Assembly: GCA_965199855.1 (NCBI GenBank)
Contig: OZ241326.1
Span: 2,944,001 to 3,008,000 of the forward strand
DNA: 64,000 nt
Direction of reading: 5' to 3'
Source of the DNA: a bacterium
Lineage (GTDB): Bacteria > UBA8248
Of this stretch, positions 29,447 to 40,095 are shown in pieces. The notes beneath the pieces are model-generated. The model saw only the letters and a list, made by a program, of their open reading frames with translations, did no database searches and had not been told where the DNA came from. Position 1 is the stretch's first letter, and the number at the start of each line of letters is the position of its first letter. Position numbers and translations under genes: made by a program.

Positions 29447-31462
29447 TCAGCCCGGATTCTTCAGGACGAGATTGCCCCAGTCGTCCACCCGGCACTCCCA
29501 GCCCGGCGGGACGACCGTCGTCGCGCTGAACTCGCACGCGAGGGCGGGGCCCCTGAAGCGGCTTCCGCGCGGGAGCGCCTCCCGCTCGTACACCGCGCCC
29601 TCGACTTCCCTGCCGCCAAACACCATGCGCCGCCTCCCCGCGAGCGCGCGGGAGGCGCTTCCGCGCGCCCCGGCGAGCCTCCGCGCGGGCGGACGCTCGA
29701 CCTCTCCCACGGCCCGCGCCCTGAGCGTCACGATCTCGACGCCGCCGCCGGGGTTCGAGACGCCGAAGCGCTCCTCGTGCGCCTCATCGAACGCCTCCCT
29801 CATGCGCCTGCGGACGTCCGCGCCCGCCCCGGGCCGGTAGGGAAGCGTCAGCTCGTAGGATTGTCCGAGATAGCGCATGTCCATGGAAAGCGAAAAGGCG
29901 GGATTCGGGAATCCCTCGAGCCTCAAGTCGCGGCGTCCCTGCCTTCGCAGGGGGGCGAAGGCCCGCTCCAGCGCCCTTCCGCCCGCCTCCTCCAGGGGCA
30001 GCAGCGCCGTTCTGGCGTAGTCCTTCGCCACGTCCGCGGTCAGCATTCCCCGCGCGGAGAGAATGCCCGGGGCGTCGGGAACCACGACGCGCGGGATTCC
30101 GAGCAGCTCCGCCAGCGCGCAGGCGTGCATCGCGCCCGCGCCCCCGAAGGAGACGAGGGCGAACTTCCGCGGGTCGCGCCCGCGCTCCACGCTGATGAGG
30201 CGAACGGCGCGCGCCATGCGCTGGTTCGCCACGCGGACGACGCCCTCCGCCGCCCGCCGGACGTCGAGGCGCAGGCTCCGCGCCAGCCGCGCGGCGCCGG
30301 CGCGCGCCGCCTTCTCGTCGAGGCGCATTCCGCCGCCCAGGAACCGCTCGGGGTCGAGGCGGCCGAGGAGCAGGTTCGCGTCCGTGACGGTGAACCGGCT
30401 CCCCCTGCCGTAGCACATCGGCCCCGGGTCCGCCCCCGCGCTCTGGGGGCCGACCGCGAGCGCGCCGCCCGGATCGACGCGGGCGATGGAGCCGCCGCCC
30501 GCCCCCACCGTGTGGATGTCGATGAGGGGAATCCGAATCGGACAGCCGGCCACCTCGGCCTCCGAGGTGAAGCCGACGCCGCCCTGGAGCAGGGACACGT
30601 CCGTGCTCGTCCCGCCCATGTCGAAGGCGATGGCGTTCTCGAACCCCGCCGTCCGCGCCGCCTCGCGCGCGCCCACGACGCCGCCGGCGGGGCCGGACAG
30701 AATCGTCCGTATGGCCTCCTCGCCCGCCGTCGCGCTCGAGATGACGCCCCCGTTGCTCTGCATGATCCGCAGCCGCCCCGAGTCGAGGCGCGCCTCCAGA
30801 TCCTTCAGATACCTGCTCATCATCGGGGAGACGTAGGCGTTCACGCACGCCGCGCTCATCCGCTCGTATTCGCGGAACTCGGGAAGCACCCGGCTGGACA
30901 TCGACACGTGAACGCCGCCGCGCCGCGCGGCGTCCGCCACCATCCTCTCATGGGAGGGATTCGCGTAGGAGTGCAGGAGGCAGACGGCGACGGACTCGAC
31001 CTTCGCCCGCTTCAGCTTCTCCGCGAGCGCCCGGAGGGAGGAGCGGCTGAGGGGGACTATCTCGCGGCCCTTCTCGTCCAGGCGCTCCTCCACCCCCATC
31101 CGGAGGCTTCTCGGCACCAGCGCGGGCGGCCTGCGATAGGCCAGATTGTAGAGCTCCCCTCGGTTCTGGCGGCCGATTTCGATTACGTCCTCGAAGCCGG
31201 CCGTCGTCACGAGGGCGGTTCTCGCCCCCCGGCGGGTGAGCAGGGCGTTCGTCGCCACGGTGGAGCCGTGGGTGACGTCCGGGGCGAGGCCGCGCCCCTC
31301 CAGAACCTCCTCCAGCCCCCGGAGGATGGCGCGGGCGGGCGCGTCGGGCGTGGAGGGCACCTTGTGAATCCGCGCCTCCTCGCCGTCGAAGGAGATGAAG
31401 TCGGTGAAGGTGCCCCCCGTGTCCACGCCGACCCGGAGCGCCGCGCCGCGCGCGGGCATCAT
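29447..31462 (-). CDS. Hydantoinase A / 5-oxoprolinase subunit
   Basis: GVDTGGTFTD, HGSTVATNA, LSGPAGG, DMGGTSTDV, SAGADPGP. Confidence 0.92.
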   Translation of the reverse strand: MMPARGAALRVGVDTGGTFTDFISFDGEEARIHKVPSTPDAPARAILRGLEEVLEGRGLAPDVTHGSTVATNALLTRRGARTALVTTAGFEDVIEIGRQNRGELYNLAYRRPPALVPRSLRMGVEERLDEKGREIVPLSRSSLRALAEKLKRAKVESVAVCLLHSYANPSHERMVADAARRGGVHVSMSSRVLPEFREYERMSAACVNAYVSPMMSRYLKDLEARLDSGRLRIMQSNGGVISSATAGEEAIRTILSGPAGGVVGAREAARTAGFENAIAFDMGGTSTDVSLLQGGVGFTSEAEVAGCPIRIPLIDIHTVGAGGGSIARVDPGGALAVGPQSAGADPGPMCYGRGSRFTVTDANLLLGRLDPERFLGGGMRLDEKAARAGAARLARSLRLDVRRAAEGVVRVANQRMARAVRLISVERGRDPRKFALVSFGGAGAMHACALAELLGIPRVVVPDAPGILSARGMLTADVAKDYARTALLPLEEAGGRALERAFAPLRRQGRRDLRLEGFPNPAFSLSMDMRYLGQSYELTLPYRPGAGADVRRRMREAFDEAHEERFGVSNPGGGVEIVTLRARAVGEVERPPARRLAGARGSASRALAGRRRMVFGGREVEGAVYEREALPRGSRFRGPALACEFSATTVVPPGWECRVDDWGNLVLKNPG

Positions 31463-32469
31463 CGCCTCCTGCGGGGCCAGGCTTCCGGGTTCAGCAGGTC
31501 GGGGGGGCGCCTGCCGAGCAGCCAGGCCCGCGCGTTCCGCGCCGCCCGCGCCGAAACCGCCCTGCGGCCCAGGTCGGTGTTCGTCCCCAGGTGCGGCAGC
31601 ATGACGACGTTCCGCATCCGCAGGAGCTCGGGGCGCGGCTCGGGCTCGCGCTCGAACACGTCCAGTCCCGCGCCGCCGAGACGGCCCGAGCGCAGGGCGT
31701 CCGCGAGGGCGCGCTCGTCCAGCACGCCCCCCCGGGACGTATTGACGATCACGGCGCCCTTCTTCATGCGGGCGAACTCCCCGGCGCCGATGAGATGGCG
31801 CGTCTCCTCGTTGAGGGCTACGTGCGCGCTCAGGAAGTCCGCCTCGCGCAGCAGCGCGCGAAACGGGCGGTAGGAGACGCCGAGCGCCTTCTCCGCCGAC
31901 GGGCTCCTTCTCCTCCGGCTCCAGTATCGGACCTTCATGCCGAACGCGCCCGCCATGCGCGCCACCGCGCCGCCGATGCGCCCCAGCCCGACGACGCCCA
32001 GAACCCTGCCCTCCAGGCCCCGCCCCTCGAGGAGCGTGGGCGTCCAGCCCCTCCACTTCCCCGACCTGACGTAGGCGTCCGCCTCCGCCACGCGCCTGCT
32101 CACCGCGAGCAGAAGCGCCATGGCGCATTCCGCCGTGGGCGCGGTGACCGCGCCGGGCGTGTTGGCGGCGAGGACGCCGCGCCTCGCGGCCTCCGCCAGG
32201 TCGATGTTGTTGAAGCCCGCCCCGCAGTTGACGACGAGCTTGAGGCGGGGCGCCGCCTCAAGAAGGTCGGCGCCTATGGGGTCTCCCACCATCGAGATGA
32301 GAACGTCCGCCCCGCGCGCGGCGCGCCTGTAGGCGGCCGGGCCCGGCTGCGTATCCCTCGGGTGCATGACGAGTTCGGCGAGCTCCTTCAGCTCCTCGAA
32401 ATGGCCGGGGGGGAACCTCCTGGCGAGAAACACGCGCGGACGCGCGCCGGAGGAGGCCGCGGCGTTCAC
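31459..32469 (-). CDS. D-glycerate dehydrogenase / glyoxylate reductase
   Basis: GAGFNNID, GLGRIG, VNTSRG, GLDVFEREP, PHLG. Confidence 0.88.
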   Translation of the reverse strand: MNAAASSGARPRVFLARRFPPGHFEELKELAELVMHPRDTQPGPAAYRRAARGADVLISMVGDPIGADLLEAAPRLKLVVNCGAGFNNIDLAEAARRGVLAANTPGAVTAPTAECAMALLLAVSRRVAEADAYVRSGKWRGWTPTLLEGRGLEGRVLGVVGLGRIGGAVARMAGAFGMKVRYWSRRRRSPSAEKALGVSYRPFRALLREADFLSAHVALNEETRHLIGAGEFARMKKGAVIVNTSRGGVLDERALADALRSGRLGGAGLDVFEREPEPRPELLRMRNVVMLPHLGTNTDLGRRAVSARAARNARAWLLGRRPPDLLNPEAWPRRRR

Positions 32470-33635
32470 GCGCCCAGCCGCCTCACGGCGCCCGCGATGC
32501 GGTCGATGGCGCGCTCGAGGTTCTCCACGCCGTTGGCGAAGCACATTCGCAGGTGCCCCTCCGCGTGGACGCCGAAGGCGGAGCCGGGCAGCGCCGCCAC
32601 CCCCGCCTCCTCGAGCAGATAGTCGGCGAAGGCGTCCGCGCTCACGGGAAGCCGGCTCACGTTGGGGAACGCGTAGAAGGCCCCCTCGGGAGACCTGCAG
32701 GAGATTCCCTCCACCTCGTTCAGGCCCGCGACGAAGATGTCCCGCCTGCGCCTGAAGTCCTCCATCATGGCGCGGCTCTCGGACTGATCCCCCAGAAGCG
32801 CCTTCGCCCCCGCCAGCTGGATGAACGGGGGCACGCAGCTCACCGAGTTGGTGACGAGCTGGGCGAGCGGCTCGGCGAGGGCGGCGGGCGCGGCGATGAA
32901 GCCCAGGCGCCAGCCCGTCATGGCGTAGGTCTTCGAGAAGGTCTCCAGCAGGATGACGCGCTCCCTCATGCCCGGAAGCGTCCCGATGGAGACGTGCTCC
33001 CCCTCGAAGAGCATGTGGGCGTACACCTCGTCCGAGAGGACGATGAGGTCGTTCTCCGCCGCGATCTCCGCGATGGCCTCCAGCTCGCTCCTCGTCAGCG
33101 TCCCGCCGGTCGGGTTGTGCGGGTAGTTCAGGATGAGGAGGCGGGTATTCTCCGTGACGCGCTCGCGCAGCGCCTCGGGCGCGAAGCGGAAGCCGTTTTC
33201 CTCCAGAATCGGCAGCGCCACCGGCTTCGCGCCCGCGTAGAGCGCCACGGACTCGTAGACCGGAAAGCCGGGGTCGGGATATATCACCTCGTCCCCCGGC
33301 CCCGCCGCCACCATGATGGCGTAATACAGAAAGGGCTTTCCGCCCGGGCCGACCACGATTTCATCCGGCGCGTAGTTTCCCCGCCCGCCGCGCGCGAGCC
33401 ATTCGCAGGCCGCCTCCCGAAGCGCCGGGAGGCCGGCGGAGGGGCAGTAGTGGGTCCGGCCCGCCTTCATCTGCGCGCAGGCTTCCTCCACGATGCCCGG
33501 GGGCGTGTCGAAGTCGGTGTCGCCGATTTCGAGGTGAATGACGTCGCGGCCGCCGCGCTCCATCTCGCTCGCCTTGGCGAGAACCACGAAGGCGCTCTCC
33601 GTCTTGAGCAGGCGCATCCGCTCAGCCAGACGCAT
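32466..33635 (-). CDS. Class I/II PLP aminotransferase (AspAT-like)
   Basis: NYPHNPTG, SDEVY, FSKTYAMTGWRLG. Confidence 0.92.
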   Translation of the reverse strand: MRLAERMRLLKTESAFVVLAKASEMERGGRDVIHLEIGDTDFDTPPGIVEEACAQMKAGRTHYCPSAGLPALREAACEWLARGGRGNYAPDEIVVGPGGKPFLYYAIMVAAGPGDEVIYPDPGFPVYESVALYAGAKPVALPILEENGFRFAPEALRERVTENTRLLILNYPHNPTGGTLTRSELEAIAEIAAENDLIVLSDEVYAHMLFEGEHVSIGTLPGMRERVILLETFSKTYAMTGWRLGFIAAPAALAEPLAQLVTNSVSCVPPFIQLAGAKALLGDQSESRAMMEDFRRRRDIFVAGLNEVEGISCRSPEGAFYAFPNVSRLPVSADAFADYLLEEAGVAALPGSAFGVHAEGHLRMCFANGVENLERAIDRIAGAVRRLGA

Positions 33636-33638
33636 TTC

Positions 33639-34247
33639 TCATCTCCTCATCCCCGCGCCGCCGACCCGAGAGGGCGCGCGCGCCAGGACGCCGCCCCTGC
33701 CCAGCGCGGCCAGCGTCTCCGCCAGGGGCAGCCCCACGACGTTGGTGTAGCTCCCCTCCACCCTGTCCACGAGGCTCCCGCCCGCCCCCTGAATGGCGTA
33801 GGCGCCCGCCTTGTCCATCGGCTCGCCGCTCTTCACGTAGCGGGCGATGGTCTCCCCGTCGATCTCGCGGAAGCGCACCTTCGTCGCCGCCGCGCCCTCC
33901 TCCCGGAAGTCCGGGCCGAGGAGGACGAAGGCGGTTATCACCTCGTGCGTCCGCCCCGAAAGCAGCCCCAGCATCCGCGAGGCGTCCTCCGCGCTCGCGG
34001 GCTTTCCCAGCGCCCTCCCCTCCAGGACGACCACGGTGTCGGCGGCGAGCGCGAGGGCGTCGGGGCGCGCCCTCGCCGCCGAGCGCGCCTTGAGCAGGGC
34101 GCGGCGGGCGGCGTCCGCGTCCGGCCCCGCCGCCTCCTCCGCGCCCGGGGCGGGCTCCGCGACCTCGAACGCGAGGCCCGCCTCCTCCAGCAGCCGCCTT
34201 CTGCGCGGGGAGCCGGAAGCCAGAATGAAGCTTCGGATTTGCCGCAA
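33639..34247 (-). CDS. maf: Maf family NTP pyrophosphatase
   Basis: ILASGSPRR, ADTVV..LGKP, DKAGAYAIQG, NVVGLP. Confidence 0.93.
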   Translation of the reverse strand: MRQIRSFILASGSPRRRRLLEEAGLAFEVAEPAPGAEEAAGPDADAARRALLKARSAARARPDALALAADTVVVLEGRALGKPASAEDASRMLGLLSGRTHEVITAFVLLGPDFREEGAAATKVRFREIDGETIARYVKSGEPMDKAGAYAIQGAGGSLVDRVEGSYTNVVGLPLAETLAALGRGGVLARAPSRVGGAGMRR

Positions 34248-34266
34248 GAACCCGGCCCGCGGCGGG

Positions 34267-35244
34267 CTAGCCGTCCCGTTCGACGACGTAGTCCGCCACG
34301 TCGCGCAGCGCGTCGACGTGGGGGGAGTCGGGCAGAGCGGAGAGCGCCGCCTTGCCCGCCTCCGCGTATCCCCGCGCCCTGTCGAGGGTGTAGCCCACCG
34401 CTCCGTATTTGCGCATCAGCTCGAGCACGTCGTCCATGTCCTCCGCGCGAATCTCCTCGGCGTGAACCACGAGGCGGTTCAGCCTCTCGCGCTCCGGGGG
34501 CGTGGCGCGGGCGCAGACGCGGAGCAGGGGCAGGGTCACGTTCCCCTCCCGCAGGTCCTCGCCGACGGACTTCCCCGTCCTTTCCGCGTCGCCCATGTAG
34601 TCGAGAGCGTCATCGACCAGCTGGAAGGCGTGGCCGATCTGGACGCCGAACCGGTGAACGGCGTCCGCGAACACCCGGGGAGCGTCGGGCAGCAGGGCGC
34701 CGACGCGGCAGCTGGCGGCGATGAGCGCCGCCGTCTTGCGATAGACGACGTCGAGGTACTCCTCCTCCTTCAGCCGGAGGTTGTACATGTTCGTCAGCTG
34801 AAGCACCTCCCCTTCCGAAAGAAGGGCGCACGCCTCGCTCATGGCCTTGAGTATCCGGCCGTCCCCGTCGGAGGCCATGAGCGAGAAGCTCCTGGCGAAC
34901 AGAAAATCCCCCACCAGGACGCTCGCCTCGCTGCCCCACCTGGAGTTGGCGGAGAGGCTGCCCCGCCGCATCTTCGCGCCGTCCACCACGTCGTCGTGCA
35001 GGAGCGTCGCCGTGTGGATGTATTCCACCACGCAGCCCATCGTCGCGACGCGCGCGCCCGCCCCGCCGAAGGCCCTGGCGGCGAGTGCCAGGAGCATGGG
35101 CCGGATTCTCTTGCCGCCGGAGCCGATGAGGTATTCGCTCACGTCGGGTATCAGAACGACGTCCGAGTGAAAATTCGCCTGAATCGCCCTCTCCACGTCC
35201 CGGAGGTCGGGAGCGATGGAATCCACGATCGCAGAAAATTTCAT
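34267..35244 (-). CDS. ispB: Long-chain polyprenyl diphosphate synthase
   Basis: GGKRIRP, HTATLLHDDVVD..RRG, FQLVDDALDY. Confidence 0.88.
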   Translation of the reverse strand: MKFSAIVDSIAPDLRDVERAIQANFHSDVVLIPDVSEYLIGSGGKRIRPMLLALAARAFGGAGARVATMGCVVEYIHTATLLHDDVVDGAKMRRGSLSANSRWGSEASVLVGDFLFARSFSLMASDGDGRILKAMSEACALLSEGEVLQLTNMYNLRLKEEEYLDVVYRKTAALIAASCRVGALLPDAPRVFADAVHRFGVQIGHAFQLVDDALDYMGDAERTGKSVGEDLREGNVTLPLLRVCARATPPERERLNRLVVHAEEIRAEDMDDVLELMRKYGAVGYTLDRARGYAEAGKAALSALPDSPHVDALRDVADYVVERDG

Positions 35245-35452
35245 TCCGCCTCCGAACCTCGAGGACGCGCCCGCGCGCCGGAGCTTCCGCTTCGCCGGCA
35301 TTCTCGCCAAGCGCCCGTCGGGATCGCCGCGCAATCTACGCGGGGACGCGCATGGGCGTCAAGGCGCCAAAGCGGCCCTTTCCCTCGGGGCGCGGCTCGG
35401 CTATGTTGCCGGAAATACGAGAAGCCTTCAAATCGCGGGGAGGAGCCCGGCC

Positions 35453-35830
35453 GTGGGCCGAAAAATCCGGATCGTCGTCGGCGGGATTCGCATGAAGGCG
35501 GAGCTGACGGAGAGCGAGACCGCGGACGCCCTGTGGGACGCCCTGCCGATCGCCGGCGCGGCGAGCGTCTGGGGCGAGGAGATTTATTTTCAAATTCCCG
35601 TGGAGGCGCCCCTGGAGGATTCCGCGCGCGAGGAGATGGAAGTCGGCGAAATCGCCTACTGGCCGCCCGGCGGCGCGTTCTGCGTCTTCTTCGGCCGCAC
35701 GCCGGCGAGCGCGGACGACGCCCCCCGCGCGGCAAGCCCCGTGAACCCCCTGGGGAGGGTGGAGGGCGATCCCGGGGATTTTCTCGAGGTCCGCGCGGGC
35801 GAGGAGGTTCGCCTGGAGAGGACGGCATGA
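35453..35830 (+). CDS. Cyclophilin-like fold protein (DUF369-like)
   Basis: WGEEIYF, GEIAYWPPG.AFCVFFG.TP, ASPVN; GGAGGAG RBS. Confidence 0.8.
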   Translation: MGRKIRIVVGGIRMKAELTESETADALWDALPIAGAASVWGEEIYFQIPVEAPLEDSAREEMEVGEIAYWPPGGAFCVFFGRTPASADDAPRAASPVNPLGRVEGDPGDFLEVRAGEEVRLERTA

Positions 35831-37080
35831 CGCCGGAGAAGCCCGGGGGCGCCCGCTTCCTCATTCACTACAACGAGATCGGGCTGAAGGGGAAGAACCG
35901 CCCGCTCTTCATCAATCGCCTGGCCCGCCGCGTCGAGCGCGCGGCCTCCCCGTTCTGCGAGGCGAAGGTCAGGAAGCGCGCGGGCAGGCTCATCCTGGAG
36001 ACGTCCCGCCTCGAGGATTCGGACGCCCTGGTCGAGGCGCTGGGCAAGGTGTTCGGAATCGCCCATTTCGCCCGGGCGCGGAGAGTTCCCCTCGACCCGG
36101 AGGCGGCGGCGCGGGCGGCGCTCGAGATGATCGCGCCTCTCAAGATCAAGACCTTCCGGGTGCGGACGCGGAAAGCCTTTCCCTCCACGCCCGTCAGCGC
36201 GAGAGAGTGGGACAGGGCCATCGGCGCGAGAATCCAGGCGAGAAGGCACCTGCCGGTGGATTTGACGCGGCCCGGGCTCACGGTGCGCGTCGAGGCCATC
36301 CCCCGGGAGGCGTGGATATGCGTGGAGAAGACGCCGGGGCCGGGCGGCCTGCCCGTCGGCTCGCTCGGGAAGGTGGCCGCGCTGCTCTCCGGCGGCATCG
36401 ACTCCCCGGTGGCCGCCTGGCGCGCGATGAAGCGCGGCTGCGAGGTCGCGTTCATCCACTTTCACGGCGCGCCCTACCTGAGCCGCGCCTCCGCGGAGAA
36501 GGCGCTGGATCTCGCCCGCATCCTGAACGCCTACCAGCTGGGCGGCAGGCTCTACATGGTGCCGTTCGGAAGCCTGCAAAAGGAGATCGTTCTGGCGACG
36601 CGGCCCGAATACCGCGTCGTTCTCTACCGCCGCTTCATGGCGCGCATCGGCGAGCGGATAGCGGAACTGGAGAACGCCCGCGCCCTCGTCACCGGAGAGA
36701 GCCTGGGCCAGGTGGCGAGCCAGACCCTTCAGAATCTCGCCGCGATAGAGGAGGCGGCGCGAATCCCGATACTGCGGCCCCTCATCGGCATGGACAAGGA
36801 GGAGATCATCGAGCAGGCCAGGAGCATCGACACGTTCGAGGTCTCCATCGAGCCCGATCAGGACTGCTGCTCGCTGTTCGTGCCGAAGCATCCGGCCATC
36901 CGCTCCCACGCGGGGCACCTGCGCGGGATCGAATCGCGCCTGCGGGCGGGAGAAATGATAGAAAAGGCGCTCCGCGAAGCCGAAATCGTGGAACTCGACC
37001 CCGAGGGGCGGACGAGGACGCTCCCCTTCGCCGAAGTCCATCCCCCCGCCGGGGAAGCGTCCGTCCCGCCGGGGGCGTAG
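35827..37080 (+). CDS. thiI: tRNA 4-thiouridine synthase ThiI
   Basis: YNEIGLKGKNR, THUMP domain, LLSGGIDSPVA, GESLGQVASQT, RPLIG, DCC. Confidence 0.95.
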   Translation: MTPEKPGGARFLIHYNEIGLKGKNRPLFINRLARRVERAASPFCEAKVRKRAGRLILETSRLEDSDALVEALGKVFGIAHFARARRVPLDPEAAARAALEMIAPLKIKTFRVRTRKAFPSTPVSAREWDRAIGARIQARRHLPVDLTRPGLTVRVEAIPREAWICVEKTPGPGGLPVGSLGKVAALLSGGIDSPVAAWRAMKRGCEVAFIHFHGAPYLSRASAEKALDLARILNAYQLGGRLYMVPFGSLQKEIVLATRPEYRVVLYRRFMARIGERIAELENARALVTGESLGQVASQTLQNLAAIEEAARIPILRPLIGMDKEEIIEQARSIDTFEVSIEPDQDCCSLFVPKHPAIRSHAGHLRGIESRLRAGEMIEKALREAEIVELDPEGRTRTLPFAEVHPPAGEASVPPGA

Positions 37081-37081
37081 C

Positions 37082-37483
37082 CTAGCCGGCCTTCTCCCGC
37101 TCCATCTCCGCCGCCAGGTCCCGCTGCTCCACGAAGTGGGTGTCCGGGTGCAGATAGCCCGCGAAATTGTCCCGCCGTATCGGCCCGCACGCCTCGAAGG
37201 CCACCGTATCCTCCAGGTAGTCCGCCTGGTGCTCGGTGTGCGGCGGCACGTACCAGACGTCGCCCGGCTTCAGAACCGCCGCCGGCTCCTCGCCCGCCTG
37301 CACGCGGGCGGCGCCGCTGATGAGGCAGAAAATCTGCTCCGCCTCGTGGTGGTGCCTCCGCGTGGAGTTGCCGCCCTTCGCGTGGATGTAGCTGATCATG
37401 CAGTGCCTCCCGCTCACCAGCCCCACTTCCACCCCCGGAAAGGGGACTTTCACGGGCAGCTCGTCCCAGTTCGTCACCGGCAT
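37082..37483 (-). CDS. Cupin domain protein
   Basis: HHHEAEQ...PGD.WYVPPHTEH. Confidence 0.8.
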   Translation of the reverse strand: MPVTNWDELPVKVPFPGVEVGLVSGRHCMISYIHAKGGNSTRRHHHEAEQIFCLISGAARVQAGEEPAAVLKPGDVWYVPPHTEHQADYLEDTVAFEACGPIRRDNFAGYLHPDTHFVEQRDLAAEMEREKAG

Positions 37484-37556
37484 TTTTCTCTCCTCCCGCG
37501 CTTCTTCAGGGGCGCCAGCGCGCCTGACGCCTGTTGAAGGATTTCCCGCCTTTCAT

Positions 37557-37582
37557 CGCCATTCCGGCGGAAGCCGGAATCC
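37557..37582. repeat. Solo REP-like palindrome (CGCCATTCCGGCGGAAGCCGGAATCC)
   Basis: Variant of the 2121-2148 element. Confidence 0.7.
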
Positions 37583-37601
37583 ATCCCTCCCCCCGCCGCC
37601 G

Positions 37602-38510
37602 CTAGACCTCCCGCAGCCTCCTGACGGCCTCGGCGGGCAGCGGCTCGCCGCAGGCGGCGTTCTGCGCGGCCTGCGCCGGCGTTCTGACGCCCGGTATCAC
37701 GCAGCTCGCGTTCTCGTTCGAGACGCAGAAGCGGATGGCCGCCTGCGCCGGCGATACGCCGAGGTTCTCCGCCGTCTCGCGGACGCAGCCGAGCTGGCCC
37801 TGGAATTTCCTGATGTTCTCCGGCGAGAGGATGTTCCTTCTCCGGTCGCCCTCGGCGAACTCGAAGGTCTCGTCGATGCGCCCGGAGAGGAAGCCCCGCT
37901 TCATCGGCACGCGCGATATCACGCCCACGTTCGCCGCCTTCGCCCGCGCGAAGGCGGGCGCGGCCTCCTGGCTGATGACGTTGTATTCCATCTGAAGGGC
38001 GGCGGGCCTGTTCTGCTCCACCGCCAGATCGCACTCCTCCACCGTGTTCACCGAAACGCCCCAGTGCCTGATTTTCCCGTCGTCCTTCGCCTGCTCCAGC
38101 AACGCGTAGCTGTCCTCGGCCGCCATGTTGCTCACGTCCGGGTTGTGGAGCTGGTAGTAGTCAACCGCGTCCACCCCCAGACGCTTCAGGCTCCCCTCCA
38201 GGCAGGCGCCGATGTAGTCGGGCGTGAAGTTGCGGACCCCCGTCGTCATGTCGTTTCCGCCCTTGGTGAAAACCAGGATGTCGCCCCTGTCCGACCGCTC
38301 GGCGAGGAACCTGCCGATGACCGTCTCGCTGTGGCCCGCCCCGTAGGCGTCGGAGGTGTCGATGAAGTTCATGCCGGCGTCGATGGCGGCGTGCAGGGCG
38401 CGGGCGCTCTCCCCGTCGTCCACCGGGCCGAACGCGCCGCCGATGGTCATCGCGCCGAACCCGATGACCGTGACCTCCAGACCCGTGCGTCCGAGCGTTC
38501 TTCTCTCCAT
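37602..38510 (-). CDS. Aldo/keto reductase
   Basis: LGRTGLEV, FIDTSDAYG, SLKRLG, YQLH, GKIRHWGVS. Confidence 0.92.
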   Translation of the reverse strand: MERRTLGRTGLEVTVIGFGAMTIGGAFGPVDDGESARALHAAIDAGMNFIDTSDAYGAGHSETVIGRFLAERSDRGDILVFTKGGNDMTTGVRNFTPDYIGACLEGSLKRLGVDAVDYYQLHNPDVSNMAAEDSYALLEQAKDDGKIRHWGVSVNTVEECDLAVEQNRPAALQMEYNVISQEAAPAFARAKAANVGVISRVPMKRGFLSGRIDETFEFAEGDRRRNILSPENIRKFQGQLGCVRETAENLGVSPAQAAIRFCVSNENASCVIPGVRTPAQAAQNAACGEPLPAEAVRRLREV

Positions 38511-38727
38511 GGTTCGTCTCCATGATGAAAGCGGGGGAATTTCCAGCGTCCCGGAGGCGCGGCCGCGAACGGCCCCGGCGTCCCGGCCGGCGAACGGCGA
38601 CCGCGCGAAGATGGGCGCATCATATCCCCGCTTCGCCCGCGTCCGCAATCGGGCCGCCGGATATGCGAAGCGCCGCGCCTGGGCTATACTCGGCGCATAC
38701 GATCCCCCGCCGACCGGAGGAGAGAAC

Positions 38728-40050
38728 GTGGAAGCCCTCAAGCGGAAAGCGCTGGACTGCCTCGACGCCCTGGCGAACGAGGCGCGCGAAGTCGCCCGCG
38801 AGATATGGAGCTTCGCGGAAATCGCGCTCGAGGAATTCAGATCCGCGGCTCTGCTCGCCGACGTCCTCGAGCGCAACGGCTTCGAGGTGCAACGCGGCGT
38901 GGGCGACCTGCCCACCGCCTTCATCGCCCGATGGGGCGGGGAGGGCCCCGCCGTCGGCGTTCTGGGAGAATACGACGCCCTGCCCCACTGCGGGGAATCG
39001 CACGAAAAGCAGGGCCACGGCTGCGGGCACAACCTCTTCGGGACGGCGAGCGCCTACGCCGCCGTCGCGGCGGCGCGCGCCCTTCGGGAGGCGGGGGCGA
39101 AGGGGCGGGTGGTCTGCTTCGGCTGCCCGGCGGAGGAAACGCTGGAGGGCAAGGTGTACATGGCGCGGGACGGCGCGTTCGAGGGCATCGACGCCGCCCT
39201 CACCTGGCACCCCGGAGAGCGGAACTTCACCCGGGGGGGCAGCACCAACGCCATGGACTCCATCGTATTCGAGTTTCACGGCGAAACCGCCCACTCCGCG
39301 CGCGACCCCTGGAACGGCAGAAGCGCGCTCGACGGCGTGGAAATCATGAACTACGGCGTCAACATGATGCGCGAGCACGTCATCGAGCCGGCCAGGATTC
39401 ACTACGTCATCACGGACGGAGGGGTGGCGCCCAACGTGGTGCCCTCCTATTCGCGCGTCTGGTATTACGTGCGCGCCCCCACGAGGAAAATCGTCGAGGA
39501 ACTGACCGGGCGCGTCCGGAACTGCGCGCAGGCGGGCGCGCTGGCCTCCGGCACGAGCGTGCGGGAAACCCTGCTCACCGCCGTCTATGAGAACCTCCCC
39601 AACGACGCCCTCGCCCGGTGCGTGCAACGCAACCTGGAGTTCGCGGGCGCCCACGCCTACTCGGAGGAGGCCAGGGAGTTCGCCCGAAGCCTGGGCTTCG
39701 ACGAGCCGCTCTCCGAGGCGATCTCCCCCCTCGACCCCGCGGACATTCGCCCGAGCAACGAGCGCGGCAACGTGAGCTGGCTCACCCCCCTGGGCAACCT
39801 GATGACGGCGTGCCACGCGCCGGGAACGCCCGGCCACTCCTGGCTCGCCACCCGGCAATACGGCATGGAAATCGGCGAGAAGGGCATGATGACCGCCGCC
39901 AGAACCCTGGCGGCCGCGACGCTCGAGCTCCTCGCCGACGAGAGCCTCCTCAGGCGGGTGCGCGAGGAGTTTGAAGCCAGAACGGAGGGATTCGCCTACG
40001 ACCCCGTCATCCCCGAGGGGCAGAAGCCGAACCCCCTGGGCATGAGATAG
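38728..40050 (+). CDS. M20 amidohydrolase (AbgB-like)
   Basis: GEYDALP, GHGCGHNL, PAEE, WHP, GRSALD. Confidence 0.88.
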   Translation: MEALKRKALDCLDALANEAREVAREIWSFAEIALEEFRSAALLADVLERNGFEVQRGVGDLPTAFIARWGGEGPAVGVLGEYDALPHCGESHEKQGHGCGHNLFGTASAYAAVAAARALREAGAKGRVVCFGCPAEETLEGKVYMARDGAFEGIDAALTWHPGERNFTRGGSTNAMDSIVFEFHGETAHSARDPWNGRSALDGVEIMNYGVNMMREHVIEPARIHYVITDGGVAPNVVPSYSRVWYYVRAPTRKIVEELTGRVRNCAQAGALASGTSVRETLLTAVYENLPNDALARCVQRNLEFAGAHAYSEEAREFARSLGFDEPLSEAISPLDPADIRPSNERGNVSWLTPLGNLMTACHAPGTPGHSWLATRQYGMEIGEKGMMTAARTLAAATLELLADESLLRRVREEFEARTEGFAYDPVIPEGQKPNPLGMR

Positions 40051-40095
40051 AAGCCGCCCGAGAATCGTTCGCCCCGCGAGCCAGGAGAGCCGGCC